A stretch of DNA of 45,321 nucleotides. Source: Azolla caroliniana. Lineage: Eukaryota > Plantae > Polypodiophyta. Position numbers and translations under genes: made by a program. The stretch lies in contig JBHGNT010000248.1 of NCBI GenBank assembly GCA_043228905.1, positions 1 to 45,321 on the forward strand, read 5' to 3'. The first letter of the stretch is position 1; every line of letters begins with the position of its first letter. The notes under the pieces were generated by a model that saw only the letters and a program-made list of their open reading frames with translations, did not search any database and was not told the DNA's origin. Shown piece after piece: positions 34,406-45,321 of the stretch.

Positions 34406-34992
34406 TGGCTCTTCATGCACGCACGCCTTGTGTTGTACATAGGAGAGAATTAGGGACATGGGAAATCCTAGGTAGGTGGATTTAGTGGGTAGGAAGTAAA
34501 GGGGAAACGGCTCCTTCCTTGCCTATAAAAGGAGGGAGACGAGGAGGGCGAAGGGATCGCGGAGAGTCTAGGACGAAGTGTTGTCGGTTTGTGGGCGAAG
34601 GCTTCTCTCTCTCTCTGGCTCGCAAACTCCGTGGCTGCTTTCTGTGCAGGTTTCGGGAGGCTCGCGCTGCTCTGAGGAATGCCCGAGTGCTTCCGGCAGC
34701 ACCTCCAACCTACTCTTTCTTTCTGTGCGTTTACGAACAGGCATTGGCATCTATTCGCCGGCCTGTTCGGTTGTAACCGACTTAGTGCTTCTTGTTGTTG
34801 TCTTTGTTAATACATACATACATTTGTGTCTCTCTGTGTCGCTGTCCCACTCGCGTCTTTGTGTCGAAGGGCCATGTCCCTGTGAATCTACGCTCGCACG
34901 TAGTGGGTCTCTTCTCCTTTCTCTCTTGCTCTTCGGTATAGGACCCCCGAGGTCCCGCCTCATTCCACGCATCCGCGAGGAATACCTCGACA
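34406..34992 (+). repeat. Gypsy B 3' LTR, second part
   Basis: Matches 15136-15722 and ends ...ATACCTCGACA. Confidence 0.94.
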
Positions 34993-35210
34993 ACGGATGC
35001 GTGGGAAAGATAGTGGCAGATAGAGGGGAGTTGAATGTTCATGAACCTACATAGCTCTTTGAAAGACCTTGAGTGAATCCCTCCGTCACAACCGCTTATA
35101 ACCCAGAGGCCAACAGAAAGATAGAGTGTCAACACGGGCCTATAGTCAAGGCAATTGTAAGAGCTTGCGATGTTGGAGTTGGGAATTGACCATGGTTATT
35201 GCCTTACGCC
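34993..35210 (+). pseudogene. Old Gypsy integrase fragment (right flank of Gypsy B)
   Basis: GCVGKIVADRGEL, followed by degenerate TTAYNPEAN and WPWLLPYA-like sequence. Confidence 0.8.
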
Positions 35211-35938
35211 TTTTTTGTGGGTTCTTCAGATTCTTCATCTTCTTCGTCTCCTCCTTTCGTGTGTTCGTCATTGTTAGGTTGTGTGCCCGATTCATGTCTT
35301 CATCATTGTTGGCTTGTGTGTTTGTGTTCTGTTGTCATCTTCGGTGCATGTGTACTCACTCATTATTTGGTGGTTCGAGTGCTTGTCGTGAAGGGCATAC
35401 ACTATTCACTATCCACCTTCCCTTGTCGAGTGCTCGTCTTGTGACCTGGGGTTGATTCAGGCTTGCCTACGCACCTCACCTTTTTACAAAGGTGTTCAAA
35501 CATGTGTGCTTTGTGTGTTAGTCCTTTCTTATGCGTTCGTTCGTCTTATGACTTGGGGTTGATTCGGGCGTGCAAATGCACCTCTCCTTTTTAGAAAGGT
35601 GTTCAAACACTTGTGCCCTGTGCATAAGCCTCCTTCTCGTGTGTTCACTTGTCCTTGTGACCGACCTCGTACACTCGAGTGGTAAGGCTTCGGTTGTCAA
35701 GAGAGGTTGACAAAAAGAGGCTATATGGTCGACGAGCCGCCTATGTTCGATGAGCCTGTAAGGTCGACAAGCCACTTAGACCGACAAAACTTAAGGTCGG
35801 CGAGCGCTTCAGACGACTAAAGACCATTGAACAAGCTCTTTGACGAGCATTTGAACCCTCTCCATCAATTGTCTCCCTAGTCCAAGACCCTTGTGGTCCT
35901 GCTTGAGTAGCACAGGCACGCGTGTACACGCGACAACG
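35210..35938 (+). mobile_element. Degenerate LTR-like remnant related to the 2147-14905 segment
   Basis: Two to three diverged copies of the ~105-bp unit (35430-35660) and the CTCCCTAGTCCAAGACCC...CGCGACAAC end motif. Confidence 0.55.
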
Positions 35939-36109
35939 CTCTATTTTCCCCCTCTCACTCGTATTATAAGCTCTTAACAATTGAGCGACGACTTTTCATT
36001 GTTTTTAAATGCAGTATGTTACTTGTCATTCATAGCACACCTTAGCTTTAGCATTGAACCTTTTTAATCTTTGTAGTTTAACTTATACTCCTCCTATGTG
36101 TACCCTACC

Positions 36110-36214
36110 ACATCATGACACTGGAAACCTTTGAGTCCCCTAACGTCCTCACGTCCTCCCTAGTCCAAGGGGGTCTTGCTTGAGTAGCACACGCACATGT
36201 GTTAACGCGGCGAC
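36110..36214 (+). mobile_element. LTR 3'-end fragment
   Basis: CTCCCTAGTCCAAG..TGCTTGAGTAGCAC..CGCGGCGACA, close to 35873-35938. Confidence 0.5.
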
Positions 36215-36461
36215 AGAAAGGATTCAATAGAATCAATCCACTCACTGACGTTAAAATTCGAGAGCCGAGGAGATCGAAGACAAGAGTATATTGTGATTCG
36301 GTAGATTCCGTGGATAGCTCTACACCATCCGGGGCAACAAGAACTAATCGAGAAAGACGAGAGGTTTGAGCCACGGTGACTGACTAACTGACATTGAAGA
36401 GTGTGTGCGTGTGGACGGTGGACCCCCTCCTCCTCCGCCTCCTTCTCTATCTCTTTCTCAC

Positions 36462-37273
<812 letters not shown>

Positions 37274-37929
37274 TGTCGTGAAGAAAACCGTCCCTTAGCG
37301 CAATTGGTGCATAGAGCGCGTGAACCGGCTCTTCACGCGTGCGCGCCCTTTAATGTATATAATAAGGAATTAGGTACATAGGCATATCCGGGGGTAGTTA
37401 GATTCGGTAGGTAGGAAGTAAATGAGGGAGACGGCTCCCTTCCTTAAGCTATAAAGGAGAGGGAGACGCGGGGAGAAAGGGATCGCGCATTAAGGAGGAC
37501 GAAGTGCTGTCGGACCGTAACCGAACGCTTCTCCTCTGTTCGTTCTCCATCGCTCTTCTCTGCAGGGTTTCGGGAGGCTCGCGCTGCTTCGAGGAACGCC
37601 CGTGTGCTTCCGGTAGCACCTCCACCCTTTTCTCCTTTCGTGCGCAGACGAACAGGCATCCGCATCTGTTCACCGGCCTGTTCGGTTGTAACCGCTCGCG
37701 TGCTCTGTTGTGTATTTGATATTCGTTAATATACAAACACTTGTGTCTCCCTGTCTCTTTGTCCATTCGCGTCTTCTGTGTTGACGGGCCGTGCCCCCTG
37801 TGTTTCTTTGCTCATACGTGACCGGGCGTCTCTCTCTTTCTCTTTCCCCTTCTATCACCTGCTCTTCGGTTGCAAGACCCCGGTGGTCCCGCCACTCGTT
37901 TCTCCACGCACGCGCGTAACAACGTGACA
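37274..37929 (+). repeat. 5' LTR of Gypsy D
   Basis: TGTCGTGAAG...CGTGACA; repeated from 44728. Confidence 0.94.
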
Positions 37930-37974
37930 TATTTGGTGAACCCGACGTGAAACAAGGTGGCAGAGGAGTAGAAG

Positions 37975-39891
37975 ATGAGGGGGTCGGATCTTGCAGAGGC
38001 TATGGCTTCGGCCGTGGACCGGATAGTGAGCGCGCGCGAGGGAAACCGGTGCCTTGACAGGGCTATTGAGGCGATCGTCGGTATGATCGGCCGGTTCAGT
38101 GGAAAGGATGCCACGAGTTATTTGGCGTCCTACCGGGGGCGGGAGATGTGGATGAGGGATATTCCGGAAGAGAGGCGTCTTGCCGGATTCCCTCGAGTGG
38201 CGATGTCGGGCATCCATGCGGAGGTGCTCGAGGTCCGGGCGGAGAGCCGGACCTGGAGGAGTTCGAAGGAGGGCTCCTGGAGAAATACGGGCTGGATGAC
38301 GCGCTTCGACTTTCGAAGCGGGGCTTCATGGAGTGGGTGGAGTCCCCCAACAAAGGAAGAAATGCGTCAGTACTCCTCCGGGAGTTTGAGGAACGCTTTG
38401 TGCGCCTTTCGGCGCTCGATCGGACCGTCCTAGACACAAGTCGTGTCCTACTGTTTGTCAAATCGGTTGACGCACGGGATCGGGGGCAAGTTTGCTCCTT
38501 ACTGGAAACGAAGACGGCTGACGGGCCGACTGGGCCGTGGTAAAAAAGAGTCTGCGACCGTTTTTGACAAACGGTGGGAGTGGGCTGATACAGAGGCGAC
38601 CGGGGCGGGATCTGTCGCAGCAAGGAAGCTCGAACCGATACCGCAGGCGCGAAGGGAAGAGACCGGGAGTGGCTCGAAACCGGTTCGTCTTCGACCGGCG
38701 TGATTAGAGGCTCGTCCAGGGGAACAGCTCTGGGGGAGTTGACACGAGCGGTAAAGGATCTCCAGATCGCCCAGGCTCGGAGGGGAAGGCGGTGATTAGG
38801 CTCGTGACCGACGGCCACCGGCAGGGAGTAGGTGCATGTGGTGTGACGAGGTCGGCCACATCCGAAAAGACTGCGGGGACTTTATGGAGGCTTTGAGAAG
38901 CCGGGGTAGTGTACCTGTGGGAAGGTCGGATGCACGCCAACGATACCCGGAGGGCCCTGAACCGAAACGACGGGCGAGGAGGAATGAAAAGGCTGATGGG
39001 AAGAGGCGGCAGTCAGGCACGCGGAGAACCCGTCCACTACTCAGCGGTCAACCGGTATTTCGGGTCGGGAGGCAGCGAGGCCCGGAAGGAGAGCAAAGCC
39101 GAGTGTCTGGCCGACAGTGCTGGAAGGCCTCGCCGGTTAGGGATCGGCAACGGCTCGGCTCAAGCCTAAACCGTTTTGGCTTTAGCCGGCTTGTAAAACG
39201 GCTTTCTAGCGGCTTAGCGGCTCGGCTCGGCTCGGGTTTAGGCTTGAACTTGCCTTAACGGTTTGAGCTCGGCTCGGCTTGGCTTGAGCCTCGCCAAACC
39301 GGCTCAAGCCGGCTAAGCCGGATAAACCGTTTAAGCCGTTTATAAACTTTAGAGAGGGGGAGAGAGACAACAGACAAGGGGAAAGAGAGAGAGAGTAAGG
39401 GAGGGAGAACTACATAGACGAGGAGAGAGAGGACAGAGGGAGGGAGGACAACATATAAGGAGAGAGAGAGAGAGAGACTACACAAACGAGGAGAGAGGAG
39501 AGGGAGGGAGGGAGACAACATATAAGGAGAGAGAGAGAGAGAGAGACTACACAAACGAGGAGAGAGAGAGAGAGGGAGGGAGACAAAATATAAGGAGAGA
39601 GAGAGAGAGAGAGGAACTACATAGAGGGGAGAGACAGAGAGACTACACAGAGGGGAGAGAGAGAGAGGAGAGAGAGAGAGAGGAACTACATAGAGGGGAG
39701 AGAGAGAGAGGGAGATGAACTACATAGAGGGGGAGAGAGAGAGGGAGGGAGGGAGAGTCGAGACCATAGACGTGAGAGAGAGAGAGAGAGAGAGGATTTA
39801 CATAGAGGGGAGAGAGAGGGAGAGGGAGAGAGAGTCGGGACCACAGACGTGAGAGAGAGTGGGAGGGATCATCTGAGAGAGAGAGGGAGGT

Positions 39892-39939
<48 letters not shown>

Positions 39940-41165
39940 GGAGGTTTCTAAACCGGTTTCCAAGCCGGTTTGGAAACCGGTTTTACAAGCCGTTTACCCA
40001 AGCCGCGTTCACAAACCGGTTTTAGCATAAACCGGTTTAGCCTAAACCGGTTTGTGAACCGGCTCGGCTCGGCTCGGCTCAGGTTTGAGATCCTGTAAAC
40101 GGTTTAGGCTTAGCCGGTTTGGCTTGGATCAGGCCAAACCGGCTAAGCCTAAACACCGAACCGTTGCCGATCCCTATCGCCGGTGCCCGACTAAAGAGAG
40201 ACGAGGCGGACCGCGCGGGAGAAGCGGGTCCAGGAGGTAACCGGGTGGGAGTGACCCCGGTCGAAGAAAAGATGGGTTTCGTCGAAGCAGCTTGACAGAA
40301 CTACGAGGCTCTGGTTGAAGACAAACGGGTAGGTAAAACCGGAGGGGTCGGACCCTCACAGAGATACGAAACCCGATTCGGGCGCCGAAACGGAACGAGG
40401 CCGGTGAGTCCAGTGCCCGGGATAACCACAAGAAGGGCGGATACCGTTTGGGCACGGAGATCGAAAGGACCACGGACCTACGAAAGGTCCTGGAAGAACG
40501 AATCCTCGACAACAAAGTAGAACTGTCGTTGCGGGAGGTGCTCGGAATCGGCCAAGAAGGAGTTCCACGACTCCATCGTAGACTTGGTGAAGAGGAAGAG
40601 GCTGTCGACGGAGGCAGAACCGGAAAGGCCGGCGGAGGTGCGGACGGCGCACATAGAGGACATGGCGCTGGAAGACGAGTGGGCGGAGAGCCACTATTCG
40701 AGGCCACACTGGGCCCGAGTGACCACGGAAACCCCGGTGAAGATCGGAGATGTTCAGGAACCGGTGGTGGCGCTGGTGGACCACGGTTCGGAAATAAACC
40801 TGATGTCCATGGACTTCTACAAGAAGGGGAAATGGCCGATCAACACCAAGCACAGGTGGAAGATACGGGCAGCGACGCGCGCCACCGAGGAATTACACGG
40901 GGCCTGCCCAAACGTGCGAGTCAAGATCGGCGACGTCGAGATAGACCAGCACTTCTTTGTGCAGGAGACGTCCTCGCAACCGGTCATACTGGGAGAACCA
41001 TACATTACGGCAGCGCGAATGGAGACCAAGGTGCTGGACAACGGGTCGGCTTACGCGAGGGTCAAGAGTCAGGACGGGCGTCATTCGGTCCAGTTCCTAA
41101 CGGTGCGACTGAACCACGAGCGAAACCGCAAGTCCCTCGGTGGCGAGAACCGAGAGGATTTTTAG
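37975..41165 (+). pseudogene. Gypsy D ORF1 gag-protease, heavily frameshifted and interrupted by a hAT element
   Basis: MRGSDLAEAMASAVDRI, CDEVGHIRKDC, LVDHGSEINLM, ends NREDF*. Confidence 0.9.
39138..40176. mobile_element. Non-autonomous hAT-superfamily DNA transposon (1039 bp)
   Basis: Perfect 16-bp TIR TAGGGATCGGCAACGG / CCGTTGCCGATCCCTA; 8-bp TSD TCGCCGGT at 39130-39137 and 40177-40184; subterminal AAACCG/GGCTC repeats; GA-rich core; no transposase. Confidence 0.95.
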
Positions 41166-44100
41166 AGAGGGTTGTCAAGGCGTGGGGCCGCGACAGTACG
41201 GACATTCCGAGAAAACCCCACAAATGTACGATAGAGGCGAAACTGAAGAAACCTTGTACCATAGGTAGGAAGTTTTGTTTCTCCAAGAACGGAGGGTGTA
41301 CGATAGTCGGCGTCGTAGGCCGAGAAAAGACAAGGGCGGAAGAGCGACTTCGGGCGTGCGGAGTTCTCGGGCCCAGCGAGGAAATCAACGGAGCCGTGGA
41401 GGCGGTCTCCTTCGACGATACCTTGGGAATACTGCGAGAGGTGGTCGGAGAGGGCCTTAAAGAGGACTGGACGATACCGGTGAAGAGATGTACGAAGTCA
41501 TCGCGGACTTCAGTCGAGGGCTCGAGTCGGATCGGACGGCACGGGTTAACACGAAGTACAAGACTGTGGACCGGAAGGTAAGGTCAGTCGCGGCACCCTT
41601 ACCAGAGGGCAGCGAGTTGCGAATCAAGGGGGTCGCGTCGGACCCCAGTTTACGAGATCCGGCCTGCATAGGGCACGCCTTCACCAACAGAACGCTACGA
41701 GAGCTCAAAATCGGTGGGGGCGGGTTCCTACTGTCGGCGGAAGAAGACCAATTTCGGAGAATGCTCGGAAGGCACGGGAAAGCCTTCGCATTCTCACCGG
41801 AGGAGATCGGGTGCGTAGACCCGACAGTCATGAAGCTGATGGTGATATTCATGGTACCGCATGTGCCGTGGAATCTCAAGCCAATTTCGGTACCAAGAGC
41901 TCACATCCCGGAGCTGATGGAGCTATTGAGGCAGAAAGTCGATATGGGCATCCTCGAACCGTCGAGTGCCCCGTACTCGAACCGGTGGTTTACCATACCG
42001 AAGAAGAACGGGACGTTGCGCTTCATTCAAGACCTGCAACCGATCAACAGAGTAACCATTCGGAATGCAGGAATCGGACCAACGATAGACGAGTTCGCGG
42101 AGGCCTTCGCCAGAAGGTCGATCTACTCGGTCGGTGATCTGTACTCGGGGTACGACCAGTTCCAACTAGCCGTAGAGAGCAGAGACATTACGACGATGCG
42201 GACTCCTCTCGGCCTAGTGCGGATGTGTACCCTGCCACAAGGAGGGGACCAACTCGGTGGCCCACATGGTGAATGCGATGAATAAAGTGCTGAGGGATTG
42301 TATCCCGGACATCACCATGCCATTCTTGGAAGACATCCCGATCAAGGGATGTCCGGTGGAGAAAAAGGACGAAACGATCGGACCGGATGGATGCCGGAAA
42401 TTCGTGGTGACACACATTGACGACCGCGAGAGGGTACTGCAGAGGCTAGAGGACGCGAGGCTCACCTTCTCCGGGAAGAAATCGGCCTTCGGGCAATCGG
42501 AGATCATGGTCGTCGGACATCTATGCGGAGCATATGGCCGGAAACCGTCTCCGGCTAAGGTGGAAGCCATCTCCGCTATGAAGCCCGACTGTAACTCGGT
42601 CACGGAAGTACGGAGGTTCTTGGGAGCATACGCGTTCTACCACATATGGATCCCGCATTATGCCCACGTTGCCGAACCACTATACGGGTTGCTGAAAAAG
42701 GGGCGAAGATTCGAGTGGCGAGACGAGCATACGGAGTCGGTCCGGAAGATGAAGGAGGCTCTTGCTGCAGCTCCGGCACTCCGGAAGGCTGTCTACGAGA
42801 AAGGCACTCCCATCTACATAACGGTAGATACAAGTCCGACCGGGATCGGATGGGTCGTCAACCAAGAAGATGAGGACGGCATTCGGTTCCCAATCCGGAT
42901 CGGTGCGAAGGTCCTCAGTGAGTGACAGCGAGGATACGCCCAGGTTAAACACGAACTCTGGGGTATCGTTTTGGTAGTGAAGGCCGATAAAGACTATCTG
43001 ATCGGGACAGAGGTGATTATCGAGACGGACTGCCTGCCGATTCTCGGCATGGTTTCCGAATGCGCAACCCCGGACCTGGCAATGCTCAGGTGGATAGCGT
43101 ACATCAAGTCCCTGGATCCGGAAATACGACACATTTCCGGGAAAGACAATGCCATGGCCGACATGCTTTCGAGGGCGCGAATCGACGACGAGGGCGGCAT
43201 GGTTTCGGAGGACGAGGAAGTCGGCGTGGACTTCTTCGAGGCGGCTTACGTAACAACCGAGGGGGGGGAGCACTCCGGCACTTAACGATTTCAACGAGAG
43301 CAAGTACGACAGGGAGTGGTTGCAGATTGGGGGATTCTTGAGGACGATGACACCGACGCATCATGGACAAAGGAAGAGGCCAACCGGATCCGGAAGAAAG
43401 TGTATCGATTCTTTCTCCGGGATGGATACTTGTGGAAGCACCCGAAGAAAAGAAACGGCATCCCGCTCCGAGTAGTGGCGATGAAGGAGGAACAGGAGGA
43501 GTTACTGAAGGGCCTACTACGACAGCCCCTGGGCTGGACACCGAGGAACGTGGGCCACGTTCGAGAAACTAAAGGGGAAGTACTGGTGGCCGGGACTGTA
43601 CCGGACGTGCATCGGTTCGTGACGACTTGTGAGAGCTGTCAGATACACTCCATAGTCCGACATCGGGACGAGCTTCACCCTACATACCCTCCAGCCATCC
43701 ACTTCAAATGGATGGTAGATTTTGTGACGATGCGATGGGCGTAGGGCAGATGCGATATCTGGTGCTAGCCCGGGAGGACCTGACGAACCAGGTAGAAGGT
43801 CGAGCCCTACAGAACAAAACAACCGCGGTCGTGTGTCGGTTCCTGATCGAGGACGTGATATGCCGGTACGGGTGCGTCGGAAAGATCGTGGTTGACCGCG
43901 GGGAGTTGGATGCCGAAGAGGCCGAGGAGCTGTTCGACCGGTTAGGGGTCAAGCTCTCGCTCACCACAGCGTACAATCCGGAGGCAAACGGGAAGGTGGA
44001 GCGCGGGCACGGACCGATCATCAAAGCGCTAGTCCGGGCGTGCGAAGGACAGGTCGGGAACTGGCCACGACTGTTACCCTATGCCTTGTGGGCGGACCGG

Positions 44101-44735
44101 ACAACGCACAGTTCGATAACCGGGTTCATGCCGTCAGAGCTCATGTTCGAACAGAAGCCGATCATGCCGATGGAACGGACGATCTCCTCTTGGGCGACAG
44201 TAGACTGAGAGACGAGATGAGTCGGGAAGAACTGCTAGCGGCGCGTATACGACAGCTCGAGCGGAGGCCAGAGGACGTGGAACGAGCGGCAGAGAGACTT
44301 CGGACGGTGAGGATGAGGAACAAAGCCCGGTTCGACCGAACGCACCAGCTCCGACCAAAGAAAATCGAGGAAGGCGACTGGGTGCTAGTCTACGACAGCA
44401 GCCTCGATAACCAGCACCGGGCAACACGGAAGTTTGCAAAGCGGTGGTTCGGGCCTTACGTGGTAACAAGCGCCAACGACAATGGGATGTATCACCTGGC
44501 GGAACTCGACGGTACGAGGATGGCGATACCGGTGGCGGGGAAGCAAATCAAAGCGTTCAAGAAGCGCCACGACAACGAACCGGACCTAAGAGGCCTGGAC
44601 AGCGACGACGAACAGTCCGAAACGGAGGACGAACCGATGGACGAAGAACCGGAACTCGGGCCGGTTTTCTCCAACCAGAGCACAATTTTGGCGCATACCG
44701 GTGGATGCGCGATTAGGTGGGGGTGGATGTCGTGA
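41156..44735 (+). pseudogene. Gypsy D ORF2 pol (RT, RNase H, integrase), frameshifted
   Basis: KYKTVDRKVR, DLYSGYDQF, PFLEDI, VDTSPTGIG, WMVDFV, DRGE, WFGPY spread over several frames. Confidence 0.92.
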
Positions 44736-45321
44736 AGAAAACCGTCCCTTAGCGCAATCGGTGCATAGAGCGCGTGAACCGGCTCTTCACACGTGCGCGC
44801 CCTTTAATGTATATAATAGGGAATTAGGTACATAGGCATATCCGGGGGTAGTTAGATTCGGTAGGTAGGAAGTAAATGAGGGAGACGGCACCCTTCCTAA
44901 AGCTATAAAGGAGAGGGAGACGCGGGGAGAAAGGGATCGCGCATTAAGGAGGACGAAGTGCTGTCGGACCGTAACCGAACGCTTCTCCTCTGTTCGTTCT
45001 CCATCGCTCTTCTCTGCAGGGTTTCGGGAGGCTCGCGCTGCTTCGAGGAACGCCCGTGTGCTTCCGGCAGCACCTGCACCCTTTTCTCCTTTCGTGCGCA
45101 GACGAACAGGCATCCGCATCTGTTCGCCGGCCTGTTCGGTTGTAACCGCTCGCGTGCTCTATTGTGTATTTGATATTCGTTAATATACAAACACTTGTGT
45201 CTCCCTGTCTCTGTGTCCATTTGCGTCTTCTGTGTTGACGGGCCGTGCCCCCTGTGTTTCTTTGCTCATACGTGACCGGGCGTCTCTCTCTTTCTCTTTC
45301 CCCTTCTATCACCTGCTCTTT
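44728..45321 (+). repeat. 3' LTR of Gypsy D (partial)
   Basis: Near-identical to 37274 onward. Confidence 0.95.

Larger units (their letters stand above)
15083..34992 (+). mobile_element. Ty3/Gypsy LTR retrotransposon B (non-chromovirus, tRNA-Trp primed; possibly Phygy/Selgy-like), with two nested elements
   Basis: 5' LTR 15083-15722; 3' LTR 27346-27403 plus 34406-34992; 4-bp TSD ACGG (15079-15082, 34993-34996); PPT AGGTGGGGGCGGA 27333-27345; gag-PR-RT-RH-INT order, no chromodomain. Confidence 0.95.
37274..45321 (+). mobile_element. Ty3/Gypsy LTR retrotransposon D (sister of B); 3' LTR truncated by the window end
   Basis: 5' LTR 37274-37929; PBS Trp 37934-37951; PPT AGGTGGGGGTGGA 44715-44727; 3' LTR from 44728. 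Confidence 0.95.

Noticed and set aside
40448-41155. Long alternative-frame ORF overlapping the Gypsy D protease as an overlapping gene
   Set aside because: Created partly by a local indel near 40550, and no equivalent long ORF is listed for Gypsy B. Only the part after 41156 is considered real.

Overview
A eukaryotic (plant-type) nest of retrotransposons. No host protein-coding gene was recognised. Target-site duplications (TSDs) resolve most of the nesting. (i) A decayed Ty3/Gypsy pol at 1-2146 carries a solo LTR (1633-2086, TSD AGATC). (ii) An LTR-like segment with a tRNA-like head and a ~105-bp tandem array is split by Copia A (3930-14666, TSD GTGTG), which itself contains sister Copia A2 (5163-10375, TSD GTCAC). 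(iii) Gypsy B (15083-34992, tRNA-Trp PBS, 4-bp TSD ACGG) sits in an older integrase of its own family. It contains Copia C (19339-25246, minus strand, TSD CGGAG) and a chromovirus (27404-34405, minus strand, TG...TA LTRs, TSD CGGCT/TGGCT). (iv) Gypsy D (37274 to the window end) sits in a related LTR and contains a non-autonomous hAT element (39138-40176, 8-bp TSD). The most notable observations are a conserved putative -1 frameshift signal between protease and RT in the Trp-primed Gypsy family, an apparent Gag capsid swap between otherwise close Copia elements, a repeat-spacer hairpin array plus a probable intron in the chromovirus leader, non-canonical LTR ends, and strong CCGG enrichment. 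All coordinates and identities were read by eye, and lineage names need database confirmation.
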